A program made the translations under genes and the position numbers. From Balanoglossus misakiensis (Eukaryota; Animalia; Hemichordata), in the NCBI GenBank assembly GCA_040954595.2, contig CM082597.2, forward strand, positions 3,991,924 through 4,055,923: a stretch of 64,000 nt of DNA, given 5' to 3'. Below the pieces are notes generated by a model that had not been told where the DNA came from, did no database searches, and saw only the letters and a list, made by a program, of their open reading frames with translations. Numbering within the stretch: the stretch's first letter is position 1; each line of letters starts with the position of its first letter. Of this stretch, positions 1 through 11,920 are shown piece by piece.

Positions 1-334
1 TGATGAACACGAAGACCATGATGTCCACGAGTCTCAGACCAACTACAACCCATTCAACATCCACATGGGACAGATGACAGTTTACAGACTGACTCTGAAA
101 TGTACGTGTGAAGGCGATCCCAGACTTGAAGACACCAGCAACCACTGCAGTAAAATATTACCGTTTGATCAACAAGAATGGGCGGCATACATGGGGACAC
201 ATGGAAACAGTCTGTTCAACTCCAGAGAAAATCACCAAAAAAGGTCTCATTGATGCAGTTGGCAGTAATTTGCTAATGAAAAAACCCTTATGTATGTATT
301 GGATGTTTGTCAAAATTTCCAACTCAAGTGGTAC

Positions 335-505
335 GTACATACATACATACATACATACATACATACATACATACATACATACATACATACATACATACAT
401 ACATACATACATACATACATACATACATACATACATACATACATACATACATACATACATACATACATACATACATACATACATACATACATACATACAT
501 ACATA
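335..505. repeat. (ACAT)n tetranucleotide microsatellite
   Basis: About 42 near-perfect ACAT units read directly. It generates the spurious YIHT/MYVC ORFs. Confidence 0.99.
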
Positions 506-2492
506 AATACACACACATGCATGCACATTTATAGTATGTGTACCGGTATGATTGATGTATGTGTGATGGATATACACTGTTTTATGTGAACAAATATATG
601 TATAATATATATACATAAAGGTGTGCATTATAGGCTGGAAGTCTCCTGTAGACTATATAGTGGAATACAATTGAGTAGCTGAACGAGAAACTATTCTGGC
701 ACTATATATAGCTGTATAGTCTAGATTTATGCGCATGTACATTTAATACGTTGTATCCTATATGTAGAACATATTGTTATATGATATTATCTATACAGAT
801 CTATATATACATTATATACATTAAATAGACATACAGCTTTAAGTAATAGCTAATGAGATTGATTGAATATACATAAGATTATATATTCATATAACAAATC
901 AAGATTTTATTATTTTTCTGACAATATGCCTGTTTCCTGCTACATGATTGTTACAAAGGTGCATTCAACAGGTTATCAAGTCTTTCAGTGTTTTGTCATT
1001 TATACAAAACAAAACCATATGTCCATGCATGTATTTACTATTCGTTATCTATGCGGAAAAGACACTCAATATCCAGTGTTTCCAATACAAGGGCAAGGTT
1101 CTGTGCACACACACAGCGTCCATGGTTTATATGTATGAAATATAGGCTTTCAAAATATCCACCAGCTCTTAGTACCTGGAACATAATACACAAATTTAGT
1201 ACAGTTTTATAATACATGTACAAACATGCATAGTTAATGCAAACAACACATTTCTTGGAATAGCTATTGTCGTACATGTTTTGAATACAAATGTGAATAT
1301 GTCAACATATTAACCTAGAGTTACACGTCGATAATAAAGAGAGCTTCATGTTTTATGCAGAAATGTGTGAGCGTTTTTATTTTATGTCCCTTATAGCCAG
1401 ATAAACATTTCGCTCGCTTCATCTGGACGTCTAGACGTTAACCATCTAAGCATGGATATATTGACGCTTTAGCAGGACAATTTTGTGATAATATAACTTA
1501 TAAGGTATCGTATAAAGCTTATGAGAAACTGAATTGGCATCCTTTGCACATTGTTTTCCAGTAACAAATGTTGAACAGAGAAATTGAAGCCAGTTCATGC
1601 TATTCTAGATGTCATCATTACAAAGTTCTATAATATGTAATTCCTATCGTGTTGTGTATATTGTTAATCATTCTCACAAAGTGCCCAGACAACTAAGTGG
1701 TATCTTCTGAACTGGGTGTGGCCGTGTTGTCATAATGAATGATTTATATGTCAACCATTAGAATGTGCATTAAGACAAATACATGCCGAAATAGCTTTGG
1801 AGGTTTCTGTTGTTTAGTGCACATTAATTTCAGCTCTTCTGAATTGGTTGTTATAATGATTTATATGTCAACCATTAGGATGTGCATTAAGACAAATACA
1901 TGCCGAAATAGCTTTGGGGTTTCTGTCATGTTTAGCACACGTTATTGTTGTGTTTACAGGACTAATGGATTTTCAATAATCATTCCACTTACCCTAAGTG
2001 CGCGAAGACAAAGGGAATTGTTTTGTTCATCTTTTATGATGGGGTTTCTGTCATGTTTAGCGCACGTTATTGTTGTGTTTACAGGACTAATGGATTATCA
2101 ATACTTCATTCTACTTGGCACTTACCCTAAGTGCGCGAAGACTAAGGGAATTGTTTTATTCATCTTTTATGAATGTTTTCATATTTTCAAAACCCAAATT
2201 GCCTCCGTCTAAATTAGGAAAGTTTATAGACAGACAATAGCATATAAGTGTGATTAAAAACCCGAAGTTTCTCAATTGCCATCCTATCTTCAACAAATTG
2301 ACATCAGACAACTGTAAGAGCCAAGCTGTGCGACGCTGTACCAGGTTTGTCAATAACTTTACAATTGACTTTGCTACGATCTTAGCTATACTGACGCCAA
2401 ATGATAGACTCTTGATAAGACAAGTTACCATGTCTGTAATCTCGAACGCTTCGACGTGTTTGCATATATTTAACTCTTTAATGAAGTAGGTG

Positions 2493-2498
2493 TATAAA
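2493..2498 (+). promoter_or_regulatory. Candidate TATA box of chitin-binding gene A (paralogous TATA at 7138-7143)
   Basis: TATAAA ~120 bp upstream of the ATG at 2613, kept in both copies. AATAAA signals lie at 4319 and 8239 downstream of the stops. Confidence 0.5.
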
Positions 2499-2612
2499 TG
2501 CGGGGATCTAAGGCAGAAAATGCGATTCCAAAGTCTAAGTTTCTCTCACATTTTGCTCATTCTCTGTGTTAACTCTATGGCGATTTTCAAGAAGACAACT
2601 TCAAAACCGAAA

Positions 2613-4162
2613 ATGAAGATTCACGTTGCAGTATTGGTTGTACTTTCTGTGGCAAGTTCATATTCTTATGAAGGTCAGTCTATTCATTGTAAATGGTTGT
2701 GCAGATCAAGTTGATTTAAGTAAGCTTTGAAAATCGTATCTCTTGATTGACAGGATATTTGTATTCACTACAGCTAGCACGCTTCGTCAGAAACCTCACC
2801 GCTAAAAATTCTGAGGAACGACTAATGGCGAAGACATCCTGATTTTACAGAGCTGCCATAGGGGTTTCCAAAAGTTTAGACAGACAAAAAATAAACAGTC
2901 TACGAGACCGAATAACAAAGAAGTTTCGACTTTCTTTTACTTTGTCTGAGAAGTTTTTTCACGACCACCTAAAGTTTACTTGTCAGTTTGTCTTTAAAAC
3001 TACAGTTCCAGTAACAATTGGAGGCGTTGCATTGACTCGTTCTTATTTCTGTATTCATTAGATGTGAATCTGGGGTGTTGGGCAGACACTCCAGATAGAG
3101 CTATACCGACAATAGAAAGGACTGACAGGTTGCTTGGTGATAACTACATGTTGAGATCCGATCCACTGGGAAAATGTAAAGCGGTCGCGCAGCATCGGGG
3201 TTTCGAAGTCTTTGCCTTACAGAATGGAGGGGAGTGTTTCTCAAGTGCAGACGCTGAAAGTACATATCAAAAGTATGGAGAATCTAGTGATTGTGGAACC
3301 GACGGTGAAGGTGGAGCCTGGGCTAGCCAGGTGTACAAAATAGGAGGTAATTAGATCGTCTTTCTCATATTAATATTTTATTAAAGGGACAAAGTATCTC
3401 TCTCGCTGCCTTTTTCCATGAATCATGTTTGCTATAAGACACTGTTTATGTTATTCTACATGTGGATAGATAGTGAATCAACGTTCGACCACACACAACT
3501 TCCATCTTTCTTGTAGAATATGAGAGTAAAAATCTCGCCAAAATGAATAAATGTTAGAGACCGATTATTCATTTTTGTGAGTTTTTCACTCCTGTATCTA
3601 CAAGTGGGATGGAAGTTGTGTGTGGTCGAACGTTGATTCACTATATATCTACATGTTTATTCACACAAATAGGGTGATTTGCATCAAACATAGTTAATGG
3701 AAAAAGGGCAGCGAGAGAGAGACTTTGTCCCTTTTGTATCTGTGTTGATAAGAACTGCCACAGGCATGTGTCTACCCATAGAGTAATTAAATATAGATTT
3801 AGTAAAGTTTTGATATTAATTTGTTGATATCAACATTATGACATGAACTTTCTGCCTGTCTCAGCACCCGTAGGCACAGGACTGTATAGTGCTAGGCCTT
3901 GTGCTGCGAACACACAAAGAATCGCCAAATATAGCGGCGAAGATTACTGGGTTGATTCTGGCAAAATAATTAAGGGTATACTTTTTTATTCACAGGGCCT
4001 AAGTGTACCGCAGATGGCTTGTTTCCACATCCGACCGACTGCACCAAGTTCCACAAATGTGTAAGCGGTGTTAGACACGATTCCCAATGCTTTTTTGGCC
4101 AGGTGTTTAACCCTGAGAATGGGTTTTGTGATTTCAAATCAAACGTGCCAGGTTGTAACTGA
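2613..4162 (+). CDS. Secreted WSC-like + chitin-binding type-2 (CBM14/peritrophin-A) protein, copy A
   Basis: Exons 2613-2673 (signal peptide MKIHVAVLVVLSVASSYSYE), 3062-3346 (LGCWADTPDRAI...FALQNGGECFSS...CGTDGEGGAWASQVY, WSC-like), 3996-4162 (CTADGLFPHPTDCTKFHKC...CFFGQVFNPENGFCDFKSNVPGCN*, six-Cys CBM14). All introns are phase-1 GT-AG. Confidence 0.85.
3381..3736. mobile_element. Palindromic MITE with AGGGACAAAG terminal inverted repeats (Kolobok-like)
   Basis: TTAA-AGGGACAAAG...CTTTGTCCCT ends and long internal inverted arms. Related copies at ~7487-7652 (right half), ~40997-41682 and ~43584-43805. Confidence 0.75.
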
Positions 4163-4544
4163 AAAGTGTTGAGATAATTGAACGCTCTGATTATGGTATT
4201 CTCATGCGCATTAATTTGCATTTTGGCACAACCAAGCATGTGTTTACTCATAGACCCTTTCTCTGGGGTCCATGGTCTACTGTAGTAAGCTTACTTGGGT
4301 GGGGGTGATGGATAATCCAATAAAACATGCATTAACTGAACAACATATGCTGTACGTGTTTCTGTTAACGTTGTCAATGTGGGATTTATTTTTCCAAGAT
4401 TAAAAGATGAAAATGGTATGATGTGCGCCCCATTTTCACATTGAAGCCAGAGCAATGCAGTACCCGTTGACCTTACAAGTCACGCTGCCTTAAATACATT
4501 TTTATTTCGTGCTAGGGGTCAAATCACATTATAATAATTGAATT

Positions 4545-5007
4545 CAATGGGCAAACACTGGCTGACCCATTAGCTGCCAATGGCATATGTACTGTACATA
4601 CACTAAATAGAACAGCTGGCTTCTTTAAAACTTAGCCAGTTATGTAATCATTCAGGAATTTGCTGTGTTTATATGAATCACAAAGGGGAGTTCCTGCCTA
4701 ATTAAAACAACTCAATAAAGTAAATACAAACCACTTTGCAAAGCAATCTGACCAGTAGTTCTTGAGTTACTGAGTTTTGACCAAATTCACATTTTTCCAG
4801 CTAATTTGCCAATTTTTGGCAATGACAACTTCATTTGAACAAACTCCCATCTACAGCCCAGCCTGCATCAGCACACTGAATATCAAGGTGATACACGCAG
4901 CGGTTTTCAAGTTTTTGATGTGGACGGACATACAGACATACATCCATCCATACATACAGGCGCAACCGATCCCATAAGGTCCAATGGTACATATCAATGG
5001 GACCCAA
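4545..5007 (+). mobile_element. Helentron/DINE-like non-autonomous element, copy 1
   Basis: ~460 bp repeated at 5595-6080. Contains a GACA/CATA microsatellite followed by a 3' hairpin (GGTCC...TGGGACC). Family assignment is inferred from structure only. Confidence 0.55.
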
Positions 5008-5091
5008 CAACAATCTAATATCGGACTGTCGACACAGAGATCTGATGGGACGATGAATGCCAAGATGAACTGTATAGCTCTCAAATCACAG

Positions 5092-5542
5092 CAAAAGAAG
5101 GCGATACAAAATTTTGGGGTGTGTTGCGCTGACCTGCGTTAACAGATCCCGTGAGGAGTACGGTGCCCAGAGCGCTAACACATCCCCAATACGAACTCAT
5201 GGACACAAACTATTTACATTTCTAGGTCCAAAACTTTGACTACAGTGAGACAAAACTGTTAGGCTTTTCTCATTTTTAAATCAAGTATTGAAATGCAAAA
5301 TAAAGTGTTAAAATGCAAAGAAGGCGATACAAAAGCTTGGGGTGTGTTGCGCTGACCTGCCTTAACAGATCCCGTGAGGAGTACGGTGCCCAGAGCGCTA
5401 ACACATCCCCAATACGAACTCATGGACACAAACTATTTACATTTCTAGGTCCAAAACTTTGACTACAGTGAGACAAAACTATTAGGCTTTTCTTATATTT
5501 AAATCAAGTATTGAAATGCAAAATAAAGTGTTAAAATGCAAA
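5092..5542. repeat. Tandem duplication, 2 x ~223 bp
   Basis: GAAGGCGATACAAAA...AAATGCAAA repeated at 5097 and 5320. Confidence 0.9.
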
Positions 5543-5594
5543 TTAAGACCGACGGGAGTGGTTCTTCTTTTCTCCAATGAAGTTCAACTTTGCT

Positions 5595-6080
5595 CAATGG
5601 GCAAACACTGACTGACCCATAAGCTGCCAATGGCATATGTACTGTACATACACTAAATAGAACAGTTGGCCTCTTTAAAACTTAGCCAGTTACGTAATCA
5701 TTCAGGAATTTGCTGTGTTTATATGAATCACAGAGGGGAGTTCCTGCCTAATTAAAACAACTCAATAAAGTAAATACACACCACTTTGCAAAGCAATCTG
5801 ACCAGTAATTCTTGAGTTACTGAGTTTTGACCAAATTCATATTTTCCAGCTAATTTGCACATTTTTAGCAATGACAACTTCATTTGAACAAACTCCCATC
5901 TACAGCCCAGCCTGCATCAGCACACCAAATATCAAGGTGATACACGCAGCGGTTTTCAAGTTTTTGATGTGGACGGACATACAGACAGACAAACATCCAT
6001 CCATCCATACATACATCCATACATACATACAGACGCAACCGATCCCATAAGGTCCCATGGTACATACCAATGGGACCCAA
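5595..6080 (+). mobile_element. Helentron/DINE-like non-autonomous element, copy 2
   Basis: Direct repeat of 4545-5007 with a longer microsatellite and the hairpin GGTCCCATGGTACATACCAATGGGACC. Confidence 0.55.
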
Positions 6081-6196
6081 AAACAATTTCAATGATTCCA
6101 ATATGGCCTCACAACATTGTTTTATATTGAGTTACAGGCAAGTTTAAATTTCTAACTTAAGGTTGGGAACTACCCATATGCAGTGCATGGTTATAT

Positions 6197-8383
6197 ATAA
6201 TATAACTTATAAGGTATCGTATAAAGCTTATAAGAAACGGAATTGGCATTCTTTGCACATTGTTTTCCAGTAAAAAATGTAGAACAGAGAAATTGAAGCC
6301 AGTTCATGCTATTCTAGATGTCATCATTACAAAGTTCTATATGTAATTCCTATCGTGTTGTGTATATTGTTAATCATTCTCACAAAGTGCCCAGACAACT
6401 AAGTGGTATTCTAAATAATTTGTTCTAATAATTTCGGCTCTTCTGAATTGGGTGTGGCCGAGTTGTCATAATGAATGATTTGAATGTCAACCATTAGAAT
6501 GTGCATTAAGACAAATGCCGAAATAGCTTTGGAGGTTTCTGTTGTTTGGTGCACATTAATTTCAGCTCTTCTGAATTGGTTGTCATAATGATTTATATGT
6601 CAACCATTAGAATGTGCATTAAAACAAATACATGCCGATTAGCTTAGGACGTTTCTGTTATGTTTAGCGCACGTTATTGTTGTGTTTACAGGGCTAATGG
6701 ATTTTCAATACTTCATTCCACTTACCCTAAGTGCGCGAAGACAAAGGGAATTGTTTTGTTCATCTTTTATGATGGGGTTTTTGTCATGTTTAGCGCACGT
6801 TATTGTTGTGTTTACAGGACTAATGGATTTTCAATAATCATTCCACTTACCCTAAGTGCGCGAAGACAAAGGGAATTGTTTTATTCATCTTTTATGAATG
6901 TTTTCATGTTTTCAAAACCCAAATTGCCTGTCTAAGTTAGGAAAGTTTATACACATGACAATAGCATATAAATGTGATTAAAAACCCGCAGTTTCTCAAT
7001 TGCCATCCTATCTTCAAAAAGTTGACATCAGACAACTGTAAGAGCCAAGCTGTGCGACGCTGTACCAGGTTTGTCAGAACTTTACAATTGACTTCGCTAC
7101 GATCTTAGCTATATTTAACTCTTTAATTAAGTTGGTGTATAAATGCGGGGATCTAAGGGAGAAAATGCGTTTCCAAAATCAAGTCTAAGTTTCTCTTACA
7201 TTTTGCTCATTCTCTGTGTTCACTCTATGGCGATTTTCAAGAAGACATCCGTTCAAAACCGAAAATGAAGATTCACGTTGCAGTATTGGTTGTACTTTCT
7301 GTGGCAAGTTCATATTCTTATGAAGGTCAGTCTATTCATTGTAAATGGTTGTGCAGATCAAGTTGATTTAAGTAAGCTTTGAAAATCGTATCTCTTGATT
7401 GGCACGCTTTGTCAGATCGAGGGTACCTTAATGAAACCTCACCGCTAAAAAATTCTGAGGAACGACTAATGGCGAAGACATCCACTGATTATTCATTTTG
7501 GTGGGGTTTTCACTCCCGTGTCTACAAGTGGGTTGGAAGTTGTGTGTGACTGAACGTTGATTCACTATATATCCACATGTACAGTAACATAAATGGTGTC
7601 TTGTATCAAACATAATTAATGGAAAAGGGCAGCGAGAAAGAGACTTTGTCCCTTTTGTATCTGTGTTGATAAGAACTGCCACAGGCATGTGTCTACCCAT
7701 AGATTAATTAAATATAGATTTAGTAAAGTTTTGATATTAATTTGTTGATATCAACATTATGACATGAACTTTCTGCCTGTCTCAGCACCCGTAGGCACAG
7801 GACTGTATAGTGCTAGGCCTTGTGCTGCGAACACACAAAGAATCGCCAAATATAGTGGCGAAGATTACTGGGTTGATTCTGGCAAAATAATTATACTTTT
7901 TTTATTCACAGAGCTTCAGTGTTCCTTACATGTAGATGGCTTCTTTCCACATGCGACCGACTGCACCAAGTACTACCAATGTCAAGGCGGTGTTAAATCC
8001 GAACAGGATTGCCTATGGGGCTTGGTGTTTAACCCTGAGACGGAGGCTTGTGATTTTCAACAATACGTGCCAGACTGTAACTGAAAAGTGTTGAGATTTG
8101 AACGCTCTGATTATGGTATTCTCATGCGCATTAATTTGCATTTTGGCACAACCAAGCATGTGTTTACCATTAGACCCTTTCTCTGGGGTCCATGGTCTAC
8201 TGTAGTAAGCTTACATGGGTGAGGGTGATGGATAATCAAATAAAACATGCATTAACTCAACTACATATGCTGTACGTGTTTCTGTTTTCAATGTGGGATT
8301 TGTTTTTCCAAGATTAAAAGATGAAAATGGTATGATGTGCACCCCATTTTCACATTGAAGCCAGAGCAATGCAGTACCCGTTG
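6197..8383. repeat. Tandem segmental duplication, copy B
   Basis: Matches 1488-4469 apart from a ~720-bp deletion (copy A ~2840-3563) and small indels. Confidence 0.95.
7265..8084 (+). CDS. Small secreted chitin-binding type-2 (CBM14) protein, copy B, lacking the WSC exon
   Basis: Exons 7265-7325 (signal exon identical to copy A) and 7912-8084 (LQCSLHVDGFFPHATDCTKYYQC...CLWGLVFNPETEACDFQQYVPDCN*). The phase-1 junction keeps the frame. Confidence 0.82.
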
Positions 8384-8715
8384 TCGTAAAAGGGCCCTGT
8401 TTTGCGACTTTGCTGGGGACTCTGACTCTCTGATGAGGGCAGGGTAGTCAGGTTCCCTTCCCCATTCCTACCGCTGTCTGCGCCTAGGTTTAAGGGGAGG
8501 GTCAAGGCCCATCGTCCGCTCACACAGGTCGTTGGCTCGACCACTGTACTGTCTCCCTTGGCGGATGAAGATGGTCTCTCACAGCCCCTGTCGCTGTTCA
8601 TGCAGGCTTATGGTCTGATTGCATGTGTGCCTGCCACACAGCACCATATGGAACGCTTCTCTTTTGCTAAACAGTTGAGGGCGTGTTCGTGAAGAGCCGT
8701 GGGCTGTGAGAGAGT

Positions 8716-8740
8716 CAAGGTCACGCCGGCACTATATAAA
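8716..8740 (+). promoter_or_regulatory. Candidate GNAT core promoter: TCAAGGTCA extended half-site plus TATATAAA
   Basis: Motifs seen directly. They are followed by a plausible 5' UTR donor (CAG|GTTAGT, ~8812) and an acceptor at 9324 just before the ATG. Confidence 0.4.
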
Positions 8741-9351
8741 CAAGGCCAGCAAGATTGCTCTTGTGTAGCAAAACATTATCCATAACTAAGGCCAGTTGGA
8801 GTTAAGCCTCAGGTTAGTTCTAATAAGACTAAGTGTATTAATGTTTTCTATTATTTTGATGGTATATAAACTTTAATCCAATATTAGCTACCACGGCATA
8901 CATAATAATGAGACACAATCCGTTTGTCTGGATCGATCAGTCGATGTCTTATATTTGAAACGGACCCATCTAAGTAAGAAAGTAAAATCATCAGAAATAG
9001 GACAAAATAGCCACTTGAATTGCATTATTGAGCAAGGGGTAAATATGTCATTTGTCCAAGGATGACTATTTTTAGCCTTTTGAACGAAAGTAGGTCAATT
9101 TACTGCATAATACATGTGAAATGTACACTGAAAACCTGAACCATGCAAGTCTTATTGGTACATTTGAAACTGAAAAAGACCCGTAGAAACTAGAATATTC
9201 TGCAGAAGACTTCAAATTATCACCACTGTGTCCTATGTTTTGTGTACACATTTCAACTGTCTCTCTCTAACCCATGTCTTATTCTTCTCTCTCTGTCTCA
9301 GTCTACCCCCTGACTCTTCTTCAGATATCATATATTGCATTACAACAAACA

Positions 9352-10194
9352 ATGGCCGTCAAGGCAACACCACAGGACATCCCAGCCTTGTTGACGACAG
9401 TAGAAAAATGGTTACCAGAGAGTTTACAGCTATACTACCACATCAAAAACAGTCACAAAACAGGCAACAGATGGCCTTGCCTCCAGATCTATGTGGATGA
9501 TCCAGATATGGCACTCGTAACAAGTGTGATGGTGGTTTGGCACCAAAATTTCACTCCTCCATATAGATGGTACACAATTTTCACATCAGATGTGAACAAA
9601 CTCGAAGTCTTAATCAGAAGTCCAGGTGTCATCAACATTTTAAGAGATGCCCGAATTCGAGTTATATGTGGGGGACCGGCATGTGGTGTTTTTGAAAATT
9701 TCCTTACCAGGGAAATGGTCGTGAAAGAATACGACATGTTACCATTTCACATCTACACATTTCATGATGTTGAACAGCTCGATAAGACATTAGACAGGCC
9801 AGTGCCGGCAGAATTCAGAATAGCTCCTCTAGAAACCAAACACGCTGAGTTGCTTTGTGATGCATGGGCGTATGGGTGCAGACAAGCAGATGAGACGTTT
9901 GAAAACACCATCAAATACCAAGAAAATCTAGCCATCTACAATGAAGCTGGAGAACCGGTGTCCTGGGTGGTCGTGAAAGAGTGGGGTGATATCGGCATGA
10001 CTTACACTGCACCGGAGTACAGACGGAGAGGATTTGCCAGTATTCTGACGGCAAAGATGACAAAATTAGTGTTAGAATCGAACGAGGTCCCTTTTGTGGA
10101 AATCTATTTGAGCACCAGTGGCAGTATGTCAGCTGCAATGCATCAAAAAACGGGATACCAATTCAGAACACCAATGAAAATATACTATTTGTAA
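9352..10194 (+). CDS. Glycine N-acyltransferase-like GNAT protein (single coding exon, 280 aa)
   Basis: N-terminal LPESLQLY motif and C-terminal GEPVSW...GDIGMTYTAPEYRRRGFAS acetyl-CoA-binding motif A, typical of GLYATL/FR47-like proteins. Confidence 0.88.
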   Translation: MAVKATPQDIPALLTTVEKWLPESLQLYYHIKNSHKTGNRWPCLQIYVDDPDMALVTSVMVVWHQNFTPPYRWYTIFTSDVNKLEVLIRSPGVINILRDARIRVICGGPACGVFENFLTREMVVKEYDMLPFHIYTFHDVEQLDKTLDRPVPAEFRIAPLETKHAELLCDAWAYGCRQADETFENTIKYQENLAIYNEAGEPVSWVVVKEWGDIGMTYTAPEYRRRGFASILTAKMTKLVLESNEVPFVEIYLSTSGSMSAAMHQKTGYQFRTPMKIYYL

Positions 10195-11920
10195 ACGCAC
10201 ATAGTGGAACGAAGAAAAAATGCCGGCAGCTTGCTAAATACAACCAGCTATTAATAACACAGAAATGAGATAAAAAGGTGCATCCATTTTACCTACGAAA
10301 ACCAACACAGCTATATTTAATAAAACTGTGCGGCAAACAATCTATTCATGAAGCCACACACTTTAATTTAAATCCTTTGAAATTCTCAACCCCTAATTGA
10401 AATTCTCAACCAGTAAAACTATTTTATTGCAGGGGTATCCATAAAGGTACATGTATACCAAAATTCAACTATTTAACTTATTACTTATAACTTGACTATT
10501 CATTTCTCATTTATATCATTGTGCAAACATTCATGACAATTGTATCAACACTGGTGTTAATCAAATTATTATTTTTATTTTGTTCTGTAGACAATGTACA
10601 TGTTTGGCATGTGCAGTTACTTTACAGGTATAGTGGGTGACCCTTACAAGTCACTTGGCTACCTTCAATTCTTGTTGTAGTAAGAGATGACAACATTATC
10701 TTGTTCGCAAATGACATCTAAAGGTGTGTATATAACTTAGCCATTTTTGGAAGTAAACCGTTGTAATATTTTCTAAAAGGAAATTAAGATGTGGAAAAAA
10801 CATTCTTGTTCAACCTTAACATTGTATTGTAATGAAATGTAATGTAAAATGTTTCTAAGATTCACTTGCTTTCCCTTGGTGGGAAATCCATGCACAGTAA
10901 TTTTACAGCTTTAACAAATATTGTGTTGCAAGAGTTGGTTACAATGTAATGCAAGATATTATTCGGCAATGACTAAGTCCGATCCAATACTGGGATCTTC
11001 AAACTTTAATCCCAACTGTTTTTCAATAACAACCTGAGTAAATTGAAATCATTATATTCTGTTTCTATGCCTACATATCTCTATTCTGTTAGACTAAATT
11101 ACAAAGTCATAAAGACAGATTTCTAACTACCACTTCATCATTATTTTAAGGAAAAAAATTGTTGTAAAATATTTCAGCAAAGATCTTATTCCATATATAC
11201 AGGCTCATTATGTACAAAAGTTACACACTTGAATTTTCACAAAAAATGAAAAAAAAAAGTTTGTTTGTTAAATCGGCATTAAGTCTTGACTATAGTTTGA
11301 ATCAAAAAACAATTTCAATGATTCCAATATGGCCTCACAACATTGCTTTCTTATTGAATTACCGGCAAGTTTAATTAATTAAATTTCCTACTTAAGGTAG
11401 GGACTACCCAGATACAATACATGCTTATCACTGTTGCCACACTGTCATTTCCTTGAAATTTATATACAAATACCGTATATTCTTTCATAAGTCATACACG
11501 CACAGTAATGTGAATGACTGCCAACTGAACTCTTTCCAGAGGGTAATCATCCACCTAAAGTTTACAGTATGTGATGATTGAAATTATAATGTAATGGTTT
11601 ATGAAAAGGAACAAAACAAATAATTGAAATTATAATGTAATGGTTTATGAAAAGGAACAAAACAAATAATTCACAATCATTTGTCTAGTTTTTTTTGTCT
11701 TTGTCAGCCTCTGTTTTGGGGAACATCTGATGTTCTAATTGCATGCAAGACTGTGTTTCGTCGAGTATAACAACCACAAGACACACTGCATTACAGCATG
11801 ACAACATTTACCATCCATCAATCAGCTCTGTAAATATTGTATTTTGGCCTATCAAGTATTGCAACACATAACCACCAGCCAATCATTTGTCACAACACTC
11901 AGAAATTAGCCAATCGGATC

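Larger units (their letters stand above)
1488..4469. repeat. Tandem segmental duplication, copy A (copy B ~6197-8383)
   Basis: Near-identical sequence from ATAATATAACTTATAAGGTATCG (1488/6197) to GCAATGCAGTACCCGTTG (~4469/8383). Both copies include internal ~118-bp and ~125-bp tandem repeats (1737-2170 in copy A). Confidence 0.95.

Noticed and set aside
2-331. Open frames at the window start (2-253 and 108 onward)
   Set aside because: No recognisable domain, the frames conflict, and one runs into the ACAT microsatellite. Possibly a decayed exon or TE piece, but unsupported.
108-628. YIHT/MYVC repeat ORFs (also 18954-19375)
   Set aside because: Translations of tetranucleotide microsatellites.
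1739-2212. 157-aa ORF with internal repeats
   Set aside because: Product of non-coding tandem repeats. The frame is not preserved in copy B.
8429-8470. CTGATGAG resembling a hammerhead ribozyme core or a snoRNA C box
   Set aside because: No properly placed GAAA or stems, and no terminal stem with a D box.
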